A stretch of DNA of 64,000 bases, taken from the NCBI GenBank assembly GCA_017499595.2, contig CM039006.1:1364001-1428000 (forward strand). The letters are read 5' to 3'. Positions 1 through 13,222 of the stretch are shown here, piece after piece. The notes beneath the pieces were generated by a model that ran no database searches, was not told the origin of the DNA, and saw only the letters and a list, made by a program, of their open reading frames with translations. Position 1 is the stretch's first letter. Every line of letters begins with the position of its first letter. The position numbers and the translations under genes are program-made. The DNA is from Psilocybe cubensis. Lineage: Eukaryota.

Positions 1-2452
1 ATCACCGAGCGTGGAGCATGTCAATTGCTGTCTGAAAGCAACTTAGTTTCTTATTTCTACACAGAATACGTCCTGCCGAGACAGAGAAGGCTCATTAACG
101 TTTCTCTGAATGAATGGATGGTTGAATAAAGGTCACACCAACGGATGACGCTTTCTATCGAGCTTCTGGACTGTTCTGTGGGTCCAAATCTGACCCGGGA
201 AACACATTCTCCCCCATAGCCGCTCAATCCACGCACCCCCTTGAGCAACTCTTGAACCTCTTGGCCTCCTCGAGCAATCTGGGTCTCTGAGGTCATCGTT
301 CATTAAGAGATGTAAATCAACAGCTACCCGTCACCGTCGGCTTCAATTGCGAGCTTGGCGTATACAGTCTAAGTAATAAACTTTCAACAAGGTTACTTTG
401 GTCTCTCGTACGCTGTCTCTGGTCTCGTGGAGTTAGAAGCGTGCGATATCATATCCATTCTTTGCAGTGCTCGGAATGAATCTCACAGTGGTCACATACC
501 CCAACGGTAGTTCCGCAACGTCTCATGACACCAGGCGTCCGGTTATCCGCTGCTATTACACCGAATGGTGTGTGACCATAAACACGAGTTGTAGCTAATC
601 CTAGGTTAAAGCGCATCGTCTACTAATTGTCTAGTGAGAACAGCTATGCGTATCAAAGTTCAACGCTTGGTTGATGTAACTTGATGTGCCTTTAAGTTTA
701 ACATACCGGTATGTTAGGCAAAGATATTCTCATATAATTCAAGGTGAATTGTTCAATTCAAATCGTTGAACTGGATTGTGAAAATGCTTTACATAAGTAT
801 TAAATCCAAATGTACTGAAGTCACCTCACCATGGCTAGATACTCACAATTAAAGTCCTTAGCATATGCTTGGGTTGAGTAACGGTCATTACTTCAAGATT
901 CTTATACTAAACACAACGTGAGTAGATCAGCGAGGTGATCCTCGCCAAGTACTCTACCTCTGAACAACTGACATTCCAGTCCACAATGACCTTCGAGTGG
1001 TCAATTGAACGTCTCGTCATCTTGAATTCATAATTTCAATTACACCTTGTCCTGTATAAAGTATAAGGAACACGTCCCAAACGCGGATGACATGTGGAAA
1101 TGTTGTCGTAATAATCAAATAATCCGGGAAGCCATACCCATGAAAACAAATTTTCGGCCCATAAGCGGAAGATTTCTAGGACTAGAAGCAGGCCGTTATT
1201 CAATCTCCCGGTGATGGTGGGGTAAATTTTTATATCCCATGACAAAGGTTTGAACGTTGGTATATAGGTAGCAGAGAATCACGTCTACAACATTGATTGA
1301 AGTAGGACAACACAGCGCCCAACAGTTTGAACCAAATACTCACCCAACAGAGAGAAAACCACGGGCATTGGATATCGTGAGGCATAATTCGAGGAAGTAA
1401 GCTCATAGACAATTCAATGCGGAGGCACAATGCAGCGCGCATCGAGGTTTCTGACATGTTACTTCTCGAAATGACCTCGCTCAATGAGCTCGTAGTCATA
1501 TAAACTCTGTGGAAGAACAGTCAAGACACTCATGGCAGAGAGACAGAGTTGCCAGTGCAATATCAGAAGCAAAAATAGTCATTGTTCCGCTGAGGTGCAT
1601 AGAGTCTAGACATATAAGCTTCTGGACCAGGTTCTTTTTCAGCTGGCTGCAAGAGAGCGGTAGTTTGAGTTCCCAAAGACGAGAGAGGAGCGAAGGGGTT
1701 TCAGCCTTTGATCCCAAGTTCGAGATACAGCAGATGGAGGTACATTTGTTGAGCGGTGACACGGACTGAAATCGTTTAACATTCAAATATTCGGCCTACT
1801 TTCCGCATGTCGCATTGATGTTTGTGATGATTTCGTCGGTGAAGAAAGAACGTGCAGCGGGACGGGAATAGCACTTTTTTCGGAGAATAAATATTTAGGA
1901 GGAGCTGTAACCATCTGATTTGCCGTGATGCCATCAGCAGGTCCATATGCAGGCATGACGCGTTTCACGGGGGACTTTGTCTTCCAATCACATTTGGTGA
2001 TTCTGCCCAGTAAAACCGATTCTTGGCGACTCTGTGGCGACTCTCCACTTGGGCTTTTGTTCGTAAAGTTCTGGCCGGACAGAATGGCGTTACAATGGGA
2101 AAGATTATCCTTCTAGGATCTTTTCGACTTCAATGTCCTATTTGGCTCGAAATCTTAATTTTGACATTGTTTGGTAAAACCATACAACTCGTGGACCTTG
2201 CATGTTGTGCAAGTCGATATTTCCGCCCAAGCGTAAACAAGGGGCTGCGACGACAATCTCGGTCTTCAAGTTCTTGTCTGGTTCGTCTTGGAACTGCTAC
2301 CGTGTTGTTCCCATAGTTCTTCCTTTCCCTCTTCACTACGGCCCTCTGAACTTGCTTGTTTCTCTTTCCAAGTCCGTCCCTCATACCTGCTTCGTCTGAT
2401 TTCGCTTCGACCCACACTCTTTACACCTACCCATTCTCTACCTTTCGAGAAC

Positions 2453-3798
2453 ATGGTCAATCTCGATATCGTCCCAGCTATCAGCCTTATCGCAGCATCG
2501 GTCTCTGAATTCAACGCCTTCCCCTTATCCCCAGGATTCGACATCAAGAAAGTCGCCGCGCAAGCACTAGCTTTACCTACACACTCATGGGAGTATGGAA
2601 CAGCTTCAGAGGCGCTCTTGGAGCTATACAATCCCCACCTCACAGTGTTTGGTGCGACTCCATTCCCAGTGCCTGCTCTCAATGTTAGTGCAGTCGTAGG
2701 ACTCGACTACGCTGCCCAAAAGGTTCGATTTGGAACGGGATACAGCGCTCTATTCAAGGATGATGGTGCAGCGGGGGATCCCGCCAGCTTAGGGGTAAGC
2801 GCGGTCATGTTGGGTAAAGTCAACTCCACATTCGCGTGGGCAGCCAACCAAACCGTCACTGGTCTCCTGGCCGATGTTCCTCGATACTCCAATGGTGCAA
2901 TTTCGCACCGCTTTAGCGTTGCTGAGCTTTGGTACATCCTGTTTTCTACCATCGCCACGTTGATATTTACCAATTTTCCAGGGCTGACAATGTATACATG
3001 GTCCCTCCATTCCTCGCGTACTATGCGGCTGACAAAGGCGACAACGCGCTTCTCCAAGAAGCAGTTCGTCAACTTTCGCTCTACCGTCAAGTTCTGCAGC
3101 CCAACGCAACGACTGGTCCAAACGGACTCTGGATGCACATTATCGGACCGGAAAGCCAGGATACAGGATACTGGGCAACTGGAAACGCTTGGGCAGCTGC
3201 TGGGATATCCAGAGTTCTCGCCACCGTCATCAAAGCGCCGGGAGTCACGAACGAAGTCTGGCGTCAGCAGGCTATTACTCAACTCACCGCATACATTAAG
3301 GAAATTATCGACGCCGCCATGGTTGCTCCCCTCGATAATGGGTTGATCCGCAATTATGTGGGCGATGTCAGCGGAGGTGGTAATGGGTTCGGCGAAATTT
3401 CTGGAACCAGTTTGCTTGCAGCTACCGTCTACCGTATGGCCGTCATGCAATCCACCATCTTCACTCGACGATATATCACCTGGGCTGACAACCTCCGCGC
3501 CGCTATTGCCGGCAGAGATGTTAACGAAAACCCTCATATCACCAGCACTGGCATTGCGACTCCCGCCGTAAACCCCTTGTGGTGGAAGGACACCAATCCA
3601 TTCACAAAGGGCAGTCCAGAGGGACAAGCGTTTGTTGTCATGATGTATGCTGGATGGAGGGACTGTATTAAAGCTGGCAGGTGCACCGTCGACGGTTCGA
3701 CTGAACCAGATGCCATCATCTCGAAACGTAGTGTTCAAGGACGGGCCTTGCACTCAGGCTCGCTACGCCGCCAACTCGTCCATCCCGGAAGCAACTAA
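2453..3798 (+). CDS. Secreted six-hairpin glycosidase, GH88/GH105-like (2 exons; intron 2932-2981)
   Basis: Removing the 50-bp GT..AG intron joins ORFs 2288..3346 and 2929..3798 into ...GAISHR..ELWADNVYMVPPFLAYY...GLWMHI...WATGNAWAAAG...SPEGQAFVVMM, motifs I recognise from fungal GH88/GH105-like (alpha/alpha)6 proteins. The N-terminus is hydrophobic. Confidence 0.8.
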
Positions 3799-4382
3799 CC
3801 AACTTCTTTTGTTCACGCATAAATACCCACATTTGCCGGTAGAAGTCCGTTGGAATTGACGAGTCCCTTTGAACTTGTCCACTTATTTATTTATTTGACT
3901 TATACTTATTGTTTTATTAGAGTATTCTTTCGTAAACGACAAAAGGCGAGCTTGCTCTCCAGATCCAAGTTGATCTATACGACTACCGGCCACACTCATT
4001 CTATCGACTTTGTTAATACTTTCTTATGGTTGTTAGAATTCTTGTACCAGCCCACATTTTTCACTTTGTCATCTGCGATGACAATGTCTTCTTGTTCACT
4101 TTAGGCATCGGATTTGCAACCGCATCGTATGACGCTTTGTGTCATCATGCCATAGGACCGGCTATCCTTCCTGCTGTGTTACCATATACCTTCGTCCTGT
4201 ATATTATTCTCTCATTGTGCATCAGCAAACCCTTTTGTTTAACCTTGCCTTTATATTACAATGAAAATGTAATCGAAGTAACACGTAAAATATAGCGCGT
4301 TAAATTGGATAAACGTGATATGCTCTAGAATTTCAAACGATAAATAGATTTTCGTACAATGTTTCTCTCAAATCATTATACG

Positions 4383-6610
4383 CTACGCTACCAACGCACT
4401 TGCGAATATGATCAAGCTGTATGCTACTATAGAATACCTTGTAAGCCCCATGCGATCAACGGAACCACTGGTTTTTGTTTGGCTCTGTGCTGCCTTTTGA
4501 ACTGGGGCTTTAATGCTATCAGGGATAGTAGTGGCCTGTACAAGCTGTGCATAGTTAACATTTGTTGGGAGTTGGCCATTCTGTGAGAAATACGACACAA
4601 TCTTTGGAACGTCAAATGTAGGCACCGCCAAAGCTGCCTCCATCAATGTCCCTGTTGGGGCTGGAGTCTGTAAAGCACCATTTTTTGATGTTGCAGTAGT
4701 AGTGTTGCCGTCATCTACAACCACAAAGCAAGGCTTGTCACCGCTTGACCCTGTGTGATTGAATAATTGGATGTCGCCATGCTCGAAGACGTCGTTGCAA
4801 TCAGGCAAGTCGTTGGCGAGTGTCCCCACTATGCCAACGTGCGTCGCGAACTTTAAATCTCCGGTTACCTGATATGCTGTGCCAAATGATTCGAAGTCAT
4901 TGGAACCTACTGGCTCGCATTGCCTATTCACGGCGGCGGTCATGTTGGAGGCAAAAACGATGGCCGGACCTTCTTGGGAGATACGGACTTCAACAAGAGG
5001 TTCGTCCGTGTTTACGGGCAGCGTGATGCCAATCCCAATAAACGGAGAGATGTTAGCCGACAGAGATGCGTTCAGTTGACCACCTTCGACTCTCAATGGA
5101 ATGGGTTGGAGTTGGAAAGAATCCCTAATGATACCAATCTATCACGATCTGACGGCGCTAAAACCTGGATATGACATACCATCCTTCGTCTGACTCAGTT
5201 GTAGTCAAGAAATCAAACGACGCAAAAGCACCCGGCTCGATCTGCAGTATTCATGTCACCCGTTAACATGTATATAATATAAGAGGAAATTTTGATCAGA
5301 CCGACTTACCGTAGCTTTAGCGCCCAGAGAGAACTGCGCCGACGCCGATATATCGAGGTCGATTCCGGCCGAAATCCCAACCTCGGGTCCAATGTTAAAG
5401 AGATCCCTGATCTTGAGGTACAGTGAGGGTTGGGATTTAACCTTAATGGTCTTGTATAAGCGTACCTCGAGGGGTGCGAGCGGCAAATTGAACATGTCCA
5501 GCTCGTGAGAAAACGTTAGTGGTCCTACACCCAGCGATAAGCCAAGAAGGATGGCTTGATTGAAGCTGTTGACTGTTGTCGACACGGATAACGCTGTGAT
5601 ATTGTGGTCGGAGACACTAGCGTTAACGTCTACTGTAAAATCGAATTCAAAGGTGCATTGTGTGCATGTTAAGTCGAGCTTCGCGTTGGCGATTTTGCTA
5701 GCAAAAGAAAGGCCAGAGTCAGAATAGCCATTGCTTTATCGAAAAACTGGCGACAAGGTATTAATCTCTTACCTTCCTAGGTCATCAGGCAAATTTGCAG
5801 AGTCTAAAGACAGAATTTGTGTTCCGCTGAGATCTTTACTCAGGGTGGGTTCGAACGTTTTTCGGCGGTCGTATCTTCCGTAACTTGACGTTTGAGGGCG
5901 CCAACCTGACGATAACTCATGGCCAACGATCGAAACATCGTACGACCCCAGTTGGTGTAGTGCAATCCTTTCCGCAAACAGATTGACGCCGTTGTCGCCG
6001 TTACTGATCTCCATGGTATGAACCCTGCAAAATGTTAACAAAATCCTCATAGACAAATACTAACATAAATACATTACCTCCAAGCTCCCAGTGCATCCTC
6101 TGAGTTACAACCATTGTGAGAAGTGACCAAATGGAAGCGATGGTACGAATCCCATGTTTGTGAGGCAACAGCAGCAGCCTCTTTAGAGATAAATTTCAGG
6201 CTAATTGTAGTATCAAGCTCTTCAACTGTGTCGCAATGAATCGAAGAGAGGAGGTCGTCGAAGGAGGGGACAGAGACAATGGGATATGTCTTTGACGAAT
6301 CAAACGACACGGTAGCCGAGGAGGTGGAATGTACACCTAAAGCAATACATATAGCAGGCTTAGAGAACACAGCAAGAAAGATTATGTTATACTGGCTTGA
6401 AGACATACCATGACCATATTCGAAGACGGCTGTTCTCTTGGGTAGGAATACATCGTGATCATCAAAATCACGACGAGCGCTAATAATTCTGCTGTTGATT
6501 GGCCTTCGAGGAATCAACACCTCTGCTTTACGAGAGGAAGAGATTGACGCTACTGGCTTTACTGGGAACGCCAGAACCAACAAAGCTGCTACAGACGCTG
6601 CTAGCTTCAT
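4383..6610 (-). CDS. Secreted, probably GPI-anchored hypothetical protein (multi-exon; resembles fungal DUF7029/DUF7223-type proteins)
   Basis: Signal-peptide-like start MKLAASVAALLVLAFP at 6610. Successive minus-strand ORFs (6074..6682, 5769..6056, 5256..5585, 4383..5096) are separated by short GT..AG introns. Contains the motif FHLVTSHNGCN. The C-terminus has small residues followed by a hydrophobic tail (SGSVDR..YSIVAYSLIIFASALVA). The family name is from memory only. Confidence 0.65.
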
Positions 6611-8483
6611 GAAAGGTATAGGAGCCGTTGTGAGCCTTGATATGAGTCCAGCAAGGAGGTAATATGTCAATAAATTAGTCAAATGTGAGAAACAGCGGGA
6701 GTATAGGCAATGAATGAGAATACGTCGGAAGAATCAGAGAAGCTGTATAAATATTCCCGCTCATTTTTCCATAGACGCCCATTATTCCGCGTTAGGACAA
6801 CCAAGGGTTGCAAGGCGTCCAGGAGACGTGATGGCAATTGATTTTGTTAAAAATACATTTGCGAGGGCGATGATGCCCTGTCATCCATGAGACTTATTGG
6901 TGTCCAGGGTAAATGTGATACACCGGTTGGTTGGTATGAAGCAGGAGGCAAACTGAGGAAAGTTCTTGCACTTTCGTACACCATTAATACTGCAAAGGCT
7001 GATAGGACCCTTTCCAAATATAAGATGATTAATTTACCTGGAAAAGAACTCTAGAGGTCAACGAATGCATATGGTAAACCTCGCGACAGAAACGAGAGCA
7101 TGTCGCTGGCAGGTTAATTATACAACACTGGTACGTAATTTCAGTAAAAGTGTGCTCAAGCTCGTATCAAACCTAAAGTATCCCTTCATTAGCTCAGAAA
7201 GCGACTTCACGTAAAGAGCAAGCAATGTTGAAGGCAGCCAATAGTTTTTGAAACCTAGCTGGCCGGAAGAGGCGCTTATGAGCCGTGTGAATGATGGATG
7301 ATGAGCGCACAGCCAAATAGCAGTGATTTGGAGTCAGGCCCAAGTTTGGAGGTATTTTAGGATACACAACCTAGTCGATAGAAAATGTGGCATTTGGAGT
7401 CATCGCGTGAGGTTTACAAGTCCGTGATGCCCTGCGCATATCTATGTAGCTGGGCTCGGTACTTTGTTGGTGAGTTGTTACCTACGTTAGAAGCACCTGT
7501 AAAACTCTGAGTGCCGCAGCATTGCTTCTAAGTCAAAGCCATGATTATGATTCCGGGTGATCTAAAGATAGACCAATGATTTTGCCGTCCTGCGCCGTGC
7601 AACAGTCAAGATCAGCGCAGACCTACAAATGTGACTGTGCTGAGATTAGAGCTTGTGGCCAGAAACTAAACTGAACTAAGTGTACTTCAATCCGGCTACA
7701 TTGGCATATATCCCAAGCATCAATGAAATGCTAAGGATGAGCGGCAAGACCAGAGGTAATAAACCCCCTGTCGAGTTGTTCCAAGATCAAGCTTGAGGCC
7801 AAGGATTGGAGAAGAACACTTGGTTAAGATGACAGAAATTATCGGTTAGTCTTCATGCTTTTATCTGTACCTTGCACACAGGATTCACAGCTCCTCTTCA
7901 TGAGATCACAGTCGACGCCATGTGCCATGACTAGTTTTAGAATGCAGACACCGAGACTTACCGAACGCATGAGGATTGGCTAGCGAGTCTGCAGTGTGTG
8001 AGAATCATTTGACAAGGCTTCTGTGCCCAAGAGATCCATATTAGACCCCCGTGAGATTCTAGAACGCGCAAAGTTGTTGTCGACTCTTAGATTATGGAGA
8101 GTTTGTGGAAATGAACAGAAAGGGTAGAATGCGACTGCCTAGTTGAACCTAGTCTTGACACTTGCGGGCTAATCAAACTGCATGGCGGAAGCCGAAAAGA
8201 GGCGAGATTGGGTAGACACAGATGTAAAGAAGAACATGAAAAAACATTGCTGATGCGAAGAAGAGAACTAAATTGAAGACTGAGGGGGATAAGGATGAAC
8301 AGTGGCCGCGATTTTGAGACCGTTCTGGCTTGCAAGTGTGACCGAGTTTGGTTGTCAAAGTGCTCTATATATATACACTTTGCACTGTTCCTGGTCTTTC
8401 CTTTCTTTCCTCCACTTCCTCCACCATCTAACACTCTTCTCGTTGCTCCCTGCTGCTCCCGGCGACGACGAGCACCCTTCATT

Positions 8484-9823
8484 ATGTCTGCGACCAATAC
8501 TTCCGAATCGGGACCCGCTGTTGGTAGCGAGGTTTCCCCCTCATCACCGCTGGAAGCACCGGCTCCTGCTTTCGCTGCTCCAGCTGTTGGTCAAGATTTA
8601 CCCCCGTCCTCGACGCGGACATCGTTTACGCGTGTTGACCACGAGGAAGAGCAGCGGCAGCGCACGCAACCATCGTCATCGCTGGCACACGACCCATTAA
8701 CACAACCCGCTGTTCCCACACAACCAGACCCAATGAGCGAGGATACCTTGGGAGACGACAAAGCTCCACCTCTGACATCGCCGCCTTCCCAGGACCAGCA
8801 GGACCTCAAAGTGGATAGCGATTCTCCGGCTTTACCAGAACTCACAATGGACGAACAACCCGTGCCGCAGACACCTCAGACATATCTCACATTTCTGCTC
8901 ATTTCTGGAAAGCGGCGGACGATGTCTTTTGAGCCTGAAACGGCGGTTGGCAGGGTCAAAGAGCTTGTGTGGAACTCATGGCCAGCGGGTGAGTACTAAC
9001 TCTCTACTTCTGTCCTCGCCCAACATCTATCAACACTTCCACTGACAGTCGTTAATGCGACCCTTGCCATCCATCTTTCCCTTGACGTTTCGCTTTTTCT
9101 TAAAATGTAACTATAGATTGGCAAGACGACAGACCACCAGCGCCATCATATCTCCGTGTTCTATACCTTGGGCGGATGCTGCAAGATGACGAGAGCCTGG
9201 CAAGTAAGTCATTTTCCACCCACCAATTCGCATTTTCCCTTCTTAGAAACGTGTTTCTGGCCTTATCATTCTCTGTATACGTTTTTTCCCTATCCTTGTG
9301 TTATTATGACATCTACTCCTGAAAATTTTTCTATTAATTAAAGGGTTGCGACTAGACGATACGGTTTTTATGCTATTTTGAGCCTCACGGGACCTCTCTG
9401 GTTTCGATTTTAATTCTTCTACGTTAACCTCTCCCCTTCATAATATTCTTTCTCTATACTTGTTTGCCACGTCTTTGTTTGCAATCAGCCGTACTGATTT
9501 GAATTGTGACAAACCAAAATAGATCTAAAGCTGCCTACTTACACGCCCCAACAACCATCTTCCTCTTCATCTCCTTCAGCAGCTGCACCGATACCAACGA
9601 TTATGCACTTATCTATTCGACCTTACGCACCGCCAAATGATGGCGATGGGCTCAAGAAAAAGAAAAGAAGGGGTCAAGATGGTCTGTTTTGACATCTCAT
9701 TCTTCTGATTGTTCCGATTCTGATAGTTTATCGAATTATTTTGGAATAGCAGACACTTCAGCGGAAGGAAATACGGCGGACGAAGTCGAAGACGCAGGCT
9801 GTTGCCGATGCATCATTTGCTGA
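8484..9823 (+). CDS. UBL3: Membrane-anchored ubiquitin-fold protein (UBL3/MUB-like) with C-terminal CaaX; exons 8484-8988, 9117-9203, 9523-9681, 9750-9823
   Basis: The spliced product reads YLTFLLISGKRRTMSFEPETAVGRVKELVWNSWPADWQDDRPPAPSYLRVLYLGRMLQDDESL...PTIMHLSIRP...KKKKRR...GCCRCIIC*. This is a ubiquitin-like fold, a basic patch and a palmitoylation/prenylation tail. All introns are GT..AG. Confidence 0.85.
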
Positions 9824-10741
9824 GATCTTCTATGCTTCCTTACTTCCGCCAGGGGCCATCTGAGTCTCTTTCCCATTCTGGCACCATACCGACACGTACC
9901 GACCACTACCACACTCTACTTCTTCCGAGCCACACTTAGAAAGCCTACTTCATCCGCAGAAAGACTTTCACAGCGCAGGGCAACCCTTTCGGTCGTCCAA
10001 CTTGATAATATCATTCAGTAACGACGAAACTCTCTAGTCCATCCCTCTGTCTCTCTACGCTCCCGCTTTGTTATAGTCTTATAACATTTCATGGATCTCC
10101 ACTATACGTACTTGTGGTTTGACATATCTCCTCCCCTCTCATCCTCCCTCACTTCATTATATGCGACATCATTCACACCTTCGGAGATGTATGTGCTCAA
10201 CGATACTGGGCTCCTCCCACCCCACTTGTTTTTTGCCCACTTCGAGATATCACCCTCGCACCTCCTTTTTCGTAACATCATGATCACGATCTGGATTTTC
10301 CCTTCTTTCGCATTCATGTACTATCAATGCACAAGTTGTTCCCATGATCTTTCAATCGTCACTCCGGCATGTCTCTCTCCTCGTCGGCTCCAGCAATCAC
10401 CCTTCCATCCATGTGCATTTTTGCTGACAATCAAAATTGCAACAGACAAGATAAATGTGAAGGAGGGAAGTGGTCCAAAATTGATTTGATCATCATAATA
10501 GTGATCATTGAATCCTGACCGCCACTCACCAGTCAGGGCTTTCACAACGTTGCCGTCTGTTTTCTTTCTTTTTTTTGGAACACTTTTTCGTCTTTTTTTG
10601 GTCCTTGTCCTTTCTAATCATATGGATCGGGATTATTGAACCATAGATGTTCCAAAGCCGCAGAATTGAGTTGGGGGTCAACATTGTCCTTGTTGACAAG
10701 GTCCATTAGCGTTGGAGCGGAGAATGTAGAGGGAGCTGAAT

Positions 10742-13222
10742 TCATAGGAAATTCGGATATTGTGGAAAGATGAACACGAGCACTATGCTTGAATCCCTTT
10801 TCACTGAATCCATTGACATAGTAGTCGTAAAGCTTCGCGGAGCTGATAAGATGCTCTGGAGTAATAGAGCTGCGACGTGCAGCATTGAACCAGCCGAGAC
10901 GAGAGGCTGTTCTTTCATCACAAATCTCTGAAGGAGAGATGGAAAATATTTTGATTGCAACTCGCTATAAGATAGGTCAGCTAAATGTGGCACAAAAATC
11001 ACAAAAATAAAGCTCACTGCAAGCAAATTACTGTTTGAATCTTGTGCAAATTGGTTCCGCCATTTAAGAGGTTTTGTATTGCGTGTTAGGGGAGCTTGTT
11101 GGAACAGAGTCTGATTATAAGCATAGGCAATTAACTGGCAGATTAGAATGGGGACAACTTCCATTCCTGAATCTTGTGTGCGTAGTTGTTTGCCTTGGAA
11201 AATACAGAGAACAGATGTGAGAAGCAGCTTAAAAAGAGTGGGATAATTTTCTTTGGTCAACGCTTGGTCCTTTGAAAGTGGCGGCATGACAAGTTGTATT
11301 CCTTCATATTGATGAAATACTGAAGAATAGTTAGATATTAATTGGTACAAATCAGTTTTTTCAGGACATACATGGATGAAGATAATATGCAAGAAAATAT
11401 ATGTGGTGAGACGACTCTTTCATCATCTGATTGAATTGATGATTGTAGATGTTGACAACTTCACTTTGAAGATTTCCAACTCCAATAACAGGAGATGCAA
11501 GAACTTGCTCCAAGTCGTATGCAATGCAGATCCAGCTATAGAAAACGTCGGCACAGGTAGTATTCTGACCTTCAAGTGTAAGAATTGCCTTTGCTCCAGA
11601 TGACAAAAGCGAGATAAAGCCATTCATAGAAGCCATAAACAAGTAGTGTTGAGCACCATCTCAAATATATGGTAGAAGCTTCTTTGTCTGACAATAAAAC
11701 TGTTAGAAATGCTAGTAAAATATGGGCATAAATATGTACTAGTGGAGTATCAAACTTTAGAACGTTAGATTTAATACACTTCTTGATCAAGGGCATGCAA
11801 GTGTAGACAGAAACAACTTGTGTATAGCTTGACAAAAACCATGTGTCAGAATGTGATTTGATTCCTTGTGCCACTCCATCAACTTTGCGCTGAATATCCA
11901 GATGGAATGTACCATAGTTTGACTTTCCAAAATAGTTTGCAAGTGCAGATGAAATTGACAAAGTCTACATGTATCAAATATTTCAACATCATAAAATTAA
12001 CAAAAGTATTGATTACATACGTCTTTAAAAAGCTTCCCGAGATCTTTCATGAAGAGGTTCAAATTATAACATGGATTGTAAATGTTGAGAATCCATGGAT
12101 ATTGCTTGTTGATTTTAATTCGAGCTGCTCAAACATTTGATCCACCATCACCTGCTACTGCACTAAAACATTTTATGCCATATAGATTGAGAATCTAAAC
12201 ACAAACTTGAATCAGTATAAGTATAGAAAAAATTGGTTCAAAACTCACCCGTAAAGCAGCATCAACAAGAATTTTACCTGTTACAGAAATTCCATTGAAG
12301 ACTCTTCCATCCGTAAAGAAAGATCTTTGTTTCGGAGTTGTTGTATGAAAAGTATAGATCTCATCATTGGATCCCAATAACGACAAGTGCCAGGTGATTG
12401 AGATGGGACGTGCGCTGCAGACAGAGGTTGTTGTAATGAGCGAGGCCTGCGAGGATGAGGTGGATGATGGTGCTGGGGGTTGGGTGGAGGGTGATAACGA
12501 CGACGACAACAAGGGTGTGGATTTACATGCACACTCAATGCGGGGGTATAGTGCTGGTACTGTACTTACAAATTGTATATTGAAAAATGTTAATGATTCT
12601 ATTATTACTTGACTACAAAGTCAGGTTGAGTAATTTGCGCTGCGCATTATATAATGATACCTTTCGGGCCGCGACAGTTCAAACTGAGATTGAAAGCTGA
12701 GTACATATGACTCACTTTGTTTTCCATTGCAGAACAACAAGTTCTGCACCAAAAATTTTGAAAATTTCTGCATTAAAAGTTCAGTTCAAACCAGTTCGAA
12801 CCCGGTTCTGCCAGGGAGGCTCCATGCCCAAACCGAGAACCAAACCAACAGAGACGTTGGCCAAACCAGAACTGGACCAAACCAGAACCGTCGGTTTGGT
12901 TCGGCCGGTTCTTGGTTCTTGCATCAGTTCGGAACCGAACTTTGGCATCCCTAATCGTGAACTCCAGCCATTGAAAGATAGTGTAAGATGTGTCTTGCTT
13001 TCAATAAACTGTAAAAAGCTTTCACTCCAAGCAGAAACCTCTTGAGCAAGATGTTTTGGAAAGAATGAGGAACAATCCGGAATGGTAAAATTCGGAGCTA
13101 AAGCAAAGCAAAAATTGACAAAGAACTCACTGTCCATTGTTGCCCAGGGAAGTGCACAGCATATAAACATACAAAACATATGCAGCTCAATATTGAGTCG
13201 CTGCTGCTCGGTGATCTTTCAC
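10742..13222 (-). pseudogene. Decayed hAT-family transposase, interrupted and 5'-truncated
   Basis: Fragments ALPWATMDSEFF..LAPNF, LTLSFNGWSSR|SNDEIYTFHT (first catalytic D appears as N), NPCYNLNLFMKD (CxxH-like), SDTWF (TRF/W-like) and YFLAYYLHP. Many stops. The downstream (low-coordinate) boundary is uncertain. Confidence 0.7.
12371..12953 (-). mobile_element. One-ended hAT-like terminal fragment inserted in the hAT transposase
   Basis: On the minus strand it starts TAGGGATGCC (Ac-like hAT terminus) followed by dense GAACC/GGTTC subterminal repeats (12785-12940). Removing 12371-12953 rejoins tgg agt tca cga t|cc aat gat gag (WSSRSNDE). I found no second TIR and no 8-bp TSD. Confidence 0.65.

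Noticed and set aside
57-2316. Short ORFs in the first 2.3 kb, including 57..296 (minus) and 1509..1769 (plus)
   Set aside because: No recognisable motif or convincing exon chain. 57..296 could be the first exon of a gene leaving the window, but I cannot support it.
2707-3753. 348-aa minus-strand ORF
   Set aside because: Antisense shadow of the glycosidase gene.
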